Below are positions 56,723-64,000 of a stretch of 64,000 nt of DNA, piece after piece (the first letter of the stretch is position 1; every line of letters begins with the position of its first letter). Under the pieces are notes generated by a model. The model saw only the letters and a list, made by a program, of their open reading frames with translations. It did no database searches and was not told the DNA's origin. This DNA comes from an uncultured Methanosarcinaceae archaeon (GTDB taxonomy: Archaea > Halobacteriota > Methanosarcinia > Methanosarcinales > Methanosarcinaceae), in contig CAWHXP010000007.1 of assembly GCA_963833425.1 (NCBI GenBank), forward strand, positions 224,001-288,000, in the 5' to 3' direction. Both the position numbers and the translations under genes were made by a program.

Positions 56723-58489
56723 ATGAATTATAAACAAGACAAAATAAGGAAAAAAGAAATGAGAAACACAAAATTTTGTTCTCCAATAGCCTTTGTTTTC
56801 GTTTTTATTTTATTATCACCTACGATATTGGCAAGTAGCACGGACTCTAAATTTCCTCAAATAATTGTTCAAAAACAATCAGGATTTCCAACTGATGATT
56901 TCAGCGCCAATGTTAGTAATGGAAATGATCGCTTTTCTGAACAATTTAACAACATCTCACAAAATATAACCCAAGAGAATCGAGACTTCTGGGACGGGAA
57001 TACTTCTATTGATCAAAATCAAAAGAATGTCTTTCCTACAAAAGATAATCATACCGTTAATCTGAAAGTAAATGATGAAATAGATAAAGTCTCAAAAAAT
57101 CTAGAAACAAATGTGAATAAATTACCACATAAAGATGAAGTCCTTTCTGTGACAAATTTTCCCGACAATGTTAGTGATGGCTATGCTCATCTTTCGTTCC
57201 CGCCTAAAGACCTTTTACAAAATGCGACATTAAGAAGCTGGGACTTTAATAATGACGAAACTACTGATTCAAGTGATAAGAGACCAGTTTATTTAAACAA
57301 AACCCCAAACAATACCTTTAACCTTACAGAGATAAATGCAAACGGTGCAAATTCAAAACTATCTGCAATAACAGTTTTTAATCATGTTGACCCAGGGCTT
57401 CCTATAGCTAAATTTCGCGCAAATGTCACTAGCGGCAATGCTCCTCTTTCTGTGCAGTTTATCGATCTCTCACAAAACATAACCTTGAGACACTGGAACT
57501 TTGGTGACGGAAATTATTCTATAGATCAGAATCCAAAGCATACCTATTCTGCAACAGGTAATTATACCGTTAATCTAACAGTAAATAATGATAAAGGCAC
57601 AAATTCCAAAATTCTAGAAATAATTGTTCACAAGGTACCCAATAACGATAAAATTCTTCCTGTGGTAAACATTTCATCAAATGTTACTCGCGGATATGCT
57701 CCTCTTGAAGTGAGCAATGCAAATGGAATTCCCTCAAAAACTTCTACTATAACAGTGCCGAATCATCTCAGCACTGGGAGCAGTAGCAGAAGCATCATTA
57801 GTGAAAGCAGCCATCGTAGCGTTCAAACTGGTCATAGTGGAGATAGTGGAGCCAATGGCTCTACTGAGCCTCGAAGTAATATTTTGACTAAAGAAATTTC
57901 ACAGGCTTTCATTACTAGTGGAAACCCTACGAAGTTTAATTTCGTTAAGAACACTACTTCTGTCATATATGTGAGCTTTGATTCAAAGAAAACCACTGGC
58001 AAAACAACAAACATCATCGAGATGCTTAAAGAGAAATCTACCCTTGTTTCTGGGCTGCCGTCTGGAGAAATCTATAAATATTTCAATATATTGGTTGGGG
58101 ACAAAGGACTTGCAATTCAAAATAATATCGAAAATCCGGTCGTATGCTTCAAGGTAGAAAAATCGTGGATACAGGATAAAAATATAAATCAGTCTTCTAT
58201 AGCCCTGAACAGATACAGTGATAATAAATGGGATCAGCTCCCAACCAGCTCATCAGGAAAGGATGACAGGTATCTGTACTTCATAGCCAAAACCCCGGGA
58301 TTTTCTCCATTTGCAATAACAGGTAAGCTGAGAACAGAGGAATCTGTAACTGAAAAACAGAAATCTGAGCGAGAAGGAAGTACAAGCACTTCTGGGAAAG
58401 GAAACAGTAACATATCAGCACTCGGAATGATTTGTTTAATAGCATGTCTACTTGCTATATTCCTGTATAAAATAGATCAAAAGGAGTGA
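56723..58489 (+). CDS. cell-surface protein with PKD and PGF-pre-PGF domains
   Basis: N-terminal signal/TM; intact PKD (SGNAPLSVQFID...WNFGDG...NPKHTY); degenerate PKDs; Ser/Gly linker; PGF-pre-PGF domain (IEMLKEKS...YKYFNI...FKVEKSWI...TPGFSPFAITG); C-terminal TM. Confidence 0.9.
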   Translation: MNYKQDKIRKKEMRNTKFCSPIAFVFVFILLSPTILASSTDSKFPQIIVQKQSGFPTDDFSANVSNGNDRFSEQFNNISQNITQENRDFWDGNTSIDQNQKNVFPTKDNHTVNLKVNDEIDKVSKNLETNVNKLPHKDEVLSVTNFPDNVSDGYAHLSFPPKDLLQNATLRSWDFNNDETTDSSDKRPVYLNKTPNNTFNLTEINANGANSKLSAITVFNHVDPGLPIAKFRANVTSGNAPLSVQFIDLSQNITLRHWNFGDGNYSIDQNPKHTYSATGNYTVNLTVNNDKGTNSKILEIIVHKVPNNDKILPVVNISSNVTRGYAPLEVSNANGIPSKTSTITVPNHLSTGSSSRSIISESSHRSVQTGHSGDSGANGSTEPRSNILTKEISQAFITSGNPTKFNFVKNTTSVIYVSFDSKKTTGKTTNIIEMLKEKSTLVSGLPSGEIYKYFNILVGDKGLAIQNNIENPVVCFKVEKSWIQDKNINQSSIALNRYSDNKWDQLPTSSSGKDDRYLYFIAKTPGFSPFAITGKLRTEESVTEKQKSEREGSTSTSGKGNSNISALGMICLIACLLAIFLYKIDQKE

Positions 58490-58943
58490 ATTTAGAACAT
58501 ATGAATTAGATACGATTGTATTGATTAGTTATTTCAATCATCCTCAGATATTAGAGAAGTATCATATCTTATTTAATATTACACGATTAATAAATAATAT
58601 AACTTATAATGAGTTCTAGTTAGCAAATAGACAACCAAATTCTATATTTGTGTGCACGTGCACGATCTCGGATCTTTTTTATATTTTTGGGAAAAATATA
58701 CACCTGTGTCGTAAACTATCGAGGGTTTCTATAAGCTCAGATTTTAACAAATCTTTTACATGTCATTTAAAGCTGAAACGAAATTTAGGAATTTATCTAA
58801 GTCCCCAATAATTTTATGAGGCTAAAAGAAGCGAAGCCATTTTATGAAAAATCAAAATTTCCGTTATACACCCTGCCACAAGCAACCTAGCATGTTCGAT
58901 CCACAGCTTTGTGCATAAATTGAATATAAAAAATCAAATATCT

Positions 58944-59050
58944 TAGAGAATTTCGATAAACTCCTATGCATTTGAGTATTGGATATTTTAATCACTTAAC
59001 AATAATTATTATTAGTGAAAGCTTTTACTGATTCTGTTCTTAAAGAATAA
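58944..59050 (+). mobile_element. isolated left end of the same IS5 element
   Basis: TAGAGAATTTCGATAAACTCCTATGCATTTGAGTATTGG...CTTAACAATAATTATTATT..TGAAA aligns to 51004-51110; encodes VKAFTDSVLKE*. Confidence 0.8.
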
Positions 59051-59392
59051 CAATCCTCTTATCCCTAACCAACAGGTGGCTTTCCTGCCTTTTATGATGT
59101 CTTAAGAAACTAAAATCATTTATTACGACAGATTGACTGCAACTAGTTTATTTTCTTTGAAGAAGTATCTTGTAATCTCAAGTGTATTTTTGCCAAGATT
59201 CACTTTTCAGGCTCTTTTCCTCTGAAGATCAAGAGGACATCATAATCTGCAGGATTCACATCTTAAACGCAAGATCAGCATTAATTTTGCATCCAGTTTT
59301 TCTGTTGTAGGGCCTCCCTGCAGAGAGCCTGAAACGTGCTTAGCAGTACATATCTTTTCCCTTACTTACGGCGGGATACAGACATTGTTCAT
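59050..59392 (-). pseudogene. PfpI/DJ-1 family (type 1 glutamine-amidotransferase-like) protease relic, C-terminus lost
   Basis: Frameshifted patches: GCKINADLAF / DVNPADYDVLLIFRGKEPEK / TLEITRYFFKENKLVAV / ILVS*DIIKGRKATCWLGIR. Confidence 0.75.
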
Positions 59393-59970
59393 GGAAACAG
59401 GATCCTATATTAGAGAATTAATAGCTCCAATACTTACAGAAACGAACAGAGCTTTACGCTATACATAAGACTGTGTAGGCTTCACTTCCCTCTTGCCCCC
59501 CACCAGATAGCATCCGATGCTTCCGCTAATTTGCCTGTGTGCAAGCTCTTTTTGAGGATAACTTGTGAAGTCCAGGTATCTTACTCACTCAATCGACAGG
59601 CTTTTAGACCTTTTTTAAAATTAAGTTTAATTCTATAATTAAGCTAAAACATTCCACTAGCAATTTATTTCAATAATCAAAATACATGCAATATCTCATG
59701 TTATAGATACCATAATTTGTGTCTTTAAGTTCCATTTTGAATAGTACAAAGGTAGATTAAAAATATAAATCCGTTCTTTAATAGTAGTTATTTGGAATTT
59801 TTCATCCCACAGCAAGCTGTGTTGTATTCGGCTAGAAAAAAATTATTATAGATTGACTGAAAAGAGTAGCTACTACTCAAAATAAATACATTTTTCCTAA
59901 TCTACATTTAATTACGTCTAAAACATCATCATATAAATGTATGGCATTTCCAAACAAACCTCAAACCGAT

Positions 59971-60258
59971 TTATACATGACCTGATGCTGCATTCCGTAG
60001 GCATGTTTCCCAGTCTTCTGGATGCTCTGTATTGTCACACTGCCACTCAAATTCACGCCTTGCAAGCTTGATAGTTGCTCTTGCCCTCTTGAGTGGAACT
60101 AATTCTGCACTATCATCGTATAACACATTTAAGCAGCTTACAACATCGACAATAAAACCTTCTAAACTTTCTGGTGGTATAGATTCGTTCTTTGCATGTG
60201 TTTCTGCACACCTAGCGAGATATTCTGCAAGTACACTGATCAGTTTTGCATCATGCAT
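59971..60258 (-). CDS. hypothetical 95-aa helical protein
   Basis: AAAGGAG SD ~8 nt before ATG; protein-like composition; no family recognised. Confidence 0.65.
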   Translation of the reverse strand: MHDAKLISVLAEYLARCAETHAKNESIPPESLEGFIVDVVSCLNVLYDDSAELVPLKRARATIKLARREFEWQCDNTEHPEDWETCLRNAASGHV

Positions 60259-60272
60259 GGTTCCACTCCTTT

Positions 60273-60304
60273 GTGTGACAAATGTGAAATCTACTTTGTC
60301 ACAC
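60273..60304. promoter_or_regulatory. 10-bp inverted repeat abutting the SD of the 59971-60258 gene
   Basis: GTGTGACAAA-N12-TTTGTCACAC. Confidence 0.5.
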
Positions 60305-61292
60305 GGGACTTTAGATTCGGATGATCATAACTATACAATATTTATTAATATTCAACCATTGGCCCTTAATCCAACCCAAGAAACCTGTTAATCACCATTT
60401 TCCGACTATAAAAATCGGAAAAGCTGATCAAGCTAACATATGTGCGTCTGTAACTCCCTTTAAGTCTTAGTTTACAAAGGATGGCGCATGATATATCCTT
60501 TAAGTATTTTTTTTGTGATTTAAAGGTTTTCTGAATCTTTTAACTTGAAAAAAACTTAGAGATCTGTACTTCTGCTATGCTTAAGGGCTTTTACAGGTTG
60601 TTTTGCTATAATGTAAGTCCAACGTATGTTTACAACAATGAACTTTTAACCACTTTTTTGATCATAATTCCTCACTATGGATTCATAAAGACAAAAATTA
60701 ACTAGTTTTTCATACTATAGTCAAGCATTTCACAAACATATCCACCAATCAAACGATAAATGACCATTTGGTACAGAGAAGCTATTTCGGTAGTCAGCAA
60801 TAATAAATGATTTCTTTAGAAATACTCACATGCTCATATATAGAATCTTATTTTCCACGTTGTTTGAGTTTTTTGTGCAAACAAGTTTAGAAAGCCGGTT
60901 AATGAGCAATAAATCTTAAAATGAATATGAACCAGATAATGAGGCAAGCCCAAAATATAAAAGGATGTTTACTTTCAATAATCTTTCTATTTTTCCCTTT
61001 ATTTATGGAGTCTATTTTAGGTGATGTGAGCCAAAAGAGGAAACTAATCGTCTCATAAATCACCTACTAATTCGTGTCAGTAGAAAGTTATTTGGAGGAT
61101 CGAATAAATAAATATAAGGCTCTTCGATATTTAAAGTGGGAATTTAAAATTATTCCCCAAATGCGGCACAATAAATGTGATATTTGGAAAATCTTTATGA
61201 GCTAGAGTTTTAGCACTTGAGAACTTGTAAATTCAATATCTTAATTAAAATGCACAAAAATCACTAGATTTTTGAACTGCGTTGAGAGTTGA

Positions 61293-61610
61293 ATAATCGC
61301 TGAACAAATAAAAGCCAAGAAACTAAGTTAGAAAATATTTTGAACATCACATGGAAATAGCTGTAAGTAGAGAAATTACCCCTCAATTTACTGGAACAGT
61401 GATCATATTTGCCTTCGATAGGAAGAAGGATTGAGTGAACAAATTGCCCCTTCGATTCCAGTGTTCAGGTAATAAATGTAAAAGCCGAAATAACAATCTC
61501 TGGCAATAAAAATATTCTGGAGAAAGGGGATCTGATCATATTACCTGCCAGTGCCCCCCTGATGCGTTCGACGCGATTAAATGGTTCAAAACGATTCTAA
61601 TCATAATCTG
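61293..61610 (+). pseudogene. cupin-domain protein, frameshifted
   Basis: Patches: AEQIKAK / AVSREITPQFTGTVIIFAFD / EGLSEQIAP / FDS / VQVINVKAEITISGNKNILEKGDLIILPASAP / FKTILII. Confidence 0.8.
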
Positions 61611-62305
61611 TTTTTAATTTATTAACATACTCTCGGTATGTCGACACTGAATTGTGATAATTGCTAATGATAGAGCTTTTAAATGGTGTGTCATAATTGT
61701 ACCTATTTGTTTGGTTTACATATCGCAGGACTTTAGTCCATCATTAAACTTCGTTGTACAAATATTTCTATTGCTTGCATATATCGCGGAAGTTGAGCCA
61801 CACGTTAAACAACCTTAGATCTGATGTACATTTATCGCATGTTCAAATTTACATTTGGAATTCCCTTTTAAAAATAAGGTGACTTTTGCAGTAACTGAAA
61901 AAACTTCTGAATTTGCCATGGACACATGCTTAACAAAATCAATGATTTTGACTGAATCCCACAATTCTCCAAAAACTTCCGGCCAAATTAGCAAAAATAT
62001 CACAAAGTTGACATATTTTTCAACGAGATTTCATGAAAGATTGAAGAATTAATTCATGAACAGAGCAAAATTGGCACGAACCTAATTAATAAAAAATAAG
62101 TCTTTTTTGGGAGGGGGCGGAATGTAGTTCAAGAAATATCTGATCATTAATCTAACCTCTAATGTTTGCCTAACTCAGGCTCTAGGTATTGTTTAGTAAT
62201 GAAATAATTTTAGATCTTGTATCCCCATCTTCTCCCAATCAATATACAGAGCATCACCTATTTTCTCAAGCACATCTGCACCAGTGAGCATTTAGAACGT
62301 TGCGT

Positions 62306-63040
62306 GAATTGAGAACCATTTTTAAAGCAACCGCAGGAAACAAAATAATAACGACTGACTATTTCGCAGATTGAACCGCGAATTTTAGCTCAGGTATCAA
62401 AAGATGCCGAATATTTATCTTGGCATACAAAGAAAATAGAGACCTACACAAGCTTACAGCTTCCAAAATAGTCAAGAAACCGATGGATGAAGTCGATATG
62501 AAAGATAGTAGCATAGCCAAAACCGTAAATTTTGGTATAGTTTATGGCATGGATGCTCTTGATTTGCAAAAAAAGCTCCAAGCAGCAGGAACTGAAGTTA
62601 CAGAAAATGAAGCAAAAGAAATAATCGAACAGTACTTTAAGGCCTATCCTGGCGTTGCTAAATATCTAAGAGATGTCAGTATACAAGGGTTGAAAAATTT
62701 AGAAGTAAGAAGCCTTTCTGGAAGATTGATAAAATTTGAATCTTTGAGAACTAAAACAGAGCGAAGTAATATTAGACGGGAATCAAAAAATCTTCCTATT
62801 CAGTCACTGTGTACTGACATGATTAAAATAGCAATGACAAATATTTTTCGGCAGCTTGAACCTAAAAGTGTGAAATTCATAAATACTGTTCATGATGAAC
62901 TTGTTTTTGAATGCGCAGAAGCCCAGGCCGATGAAGTGAAAAATATCGTAAAAGAAGAGATGGAAAAAGCCGGATCACTATTTTTAAAAGATCTTCCATG
63001 TATCGCAGAATTCAAAGTAAGTGATACTTGGGAAAAATGA
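62306..63040 (+). pseudogene. family A DNA polymerase, C-terminal polymerase domain only, frameshifted
   Basis: ELRTIFKATAGNKIITTDY/SQIEPRILAQVSKD (motif A split by a +1 shift); DLH; motif B AKTVNFGIVYGM; NLPIQS; motif C VHDEL. No upstream exonuclease region recognised. Confidence 0.9.
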
Positions 63041-63476
63041 ATTATTCCTTTCTATTTTTTTTCTTGTACCTTATCTGGATATGGTTTATAGCTTTCACCT
63101 AATCTGGCAAAACACTAGCAGCTGATGACCGGATAAGATGGATTAGGTGGATAAGGTGAAATTAGACACAAAACAATATTCAACATTCTAAAGTTATTTT
63201 TGGGAAGATAGTTCTTGTTTTACAGAATACAAAAATATAACCATGTTACAGACAATGTGGGAAAAGTTATGATCAAAATTATCTGGATTTCATGAAGCTA
63301 AGTTAATAAAACGAAACTTTTTGATGATAAAGATGATATTTCCAAATCCGAAGCCACTTTCACTGTCAAAGCTACCTGCTGTAGCTTCACTGCCCAAGCT
63401 TCAGCTATCTATTCCGCTTTATCGTCCGTACCCGCAACTATGTTACCACCGACATATCGGGTAATATTTTTACCGC

Positions 63477-63899
63477 TCATTTCTGTCCATTATTAACAGT
63501 ATCTTTGTTTGGGATCGAATATGAGCCAGCTGACTTGCCGATTTTGGATAGAGCAAGTCCTTTATTGTACCAGGCTTCTGAATTCTTCGGGTTAATTTCA
63601 ATTGCTTTGTCATATGCTATTATTGCTTCATCTGATTTATTCAAATTATATAGAGCAGCTCCTTTACCGTTCCAAGCATATGAATACTGTGGGTTAATTT
63701 CAATTGCTTTGTCATAAGCTGTTATAGCTTCATCGAATTTATTCAGATTATATAGAGCTATGCCTTTGCTGTTCCAAGAATATGAATCCTACATCGCACA
63801 TGTGATACTCACTAGAGTTAAAAGCGCCAGTATAGTAATTCCTAAAACCGTTATAATGATATGCAGTCTTCTTGCATTATCATAAGTCGCTTTTTTCAT
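63477..63899 (-). pseudogene. secreted TPR-repeat protein interrupted by one in-frame TAG
   Basis: GGAG SD; MKKATYDNARRLHIIITVLGITILALLTLVSITCAM-TAG(63789-63791)-DSYSWNSKGIALYNLNKFDEAITAYDKAIEINPQYSYAWNGKG...NGQK-TGA, with no frameshift. Confidence 0.8.
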
Positions 63900-64000
63900 A
63901 TTCCGTCTCCTGATATTTAGTTATATAATAATGATGAGAAATAACTAGTAAAACAAGGATTGATAATACTTCACTCTGCAAAGAAAACTTTCTACTGAAA

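Overview
AT-rich archaeal chromosomal window, most consistent with a Methanosarcina-like methanogen. This is inferred from MfnF-type, Tsr3, DUF2072 Zn-ribbon, PGF-pre-PGF/PKD and archaeal topoisomerase IA genes; no database search was run and all family calls are by motif recognition. Intact genes: hcp, a purine phosphoribosyltransferase, two tandem GDP-mannose 4,6-dehydratases, a large surface-glycan region (~19.5-40.9 kb: polyprenol-P GT2, flippase-like protein, GT-C-like membrane protein, two acyltransferase-3 genes, GT4s, Wzm/Wzt ABC exporter, coiled-coil methyltransferase), mfnF, an HJR-like nuclease, topA, tsr3, an AAA ATPase and a PKD surface protein. Many decayed sequences not shown by the ORF track lie between them: ferredoxin, TPR, PAS/GAF kinase, acyltransferase, PfpI, cupin, two family A DNA polymerase remnants and three IS5 relics. 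The most striking feature is a signal-peptide-bearing protein with 23 perfect (Pro-Ala-Thr-Ala-Ala-Thr) repeats, the backbone pattern of fish antifreeze glycoproteins. A second secreted low-complexity (Gly/Trp/Arg-rich) protein carries a related signal peptide. No rRNA, tRNA or CRISPR array was recognised.
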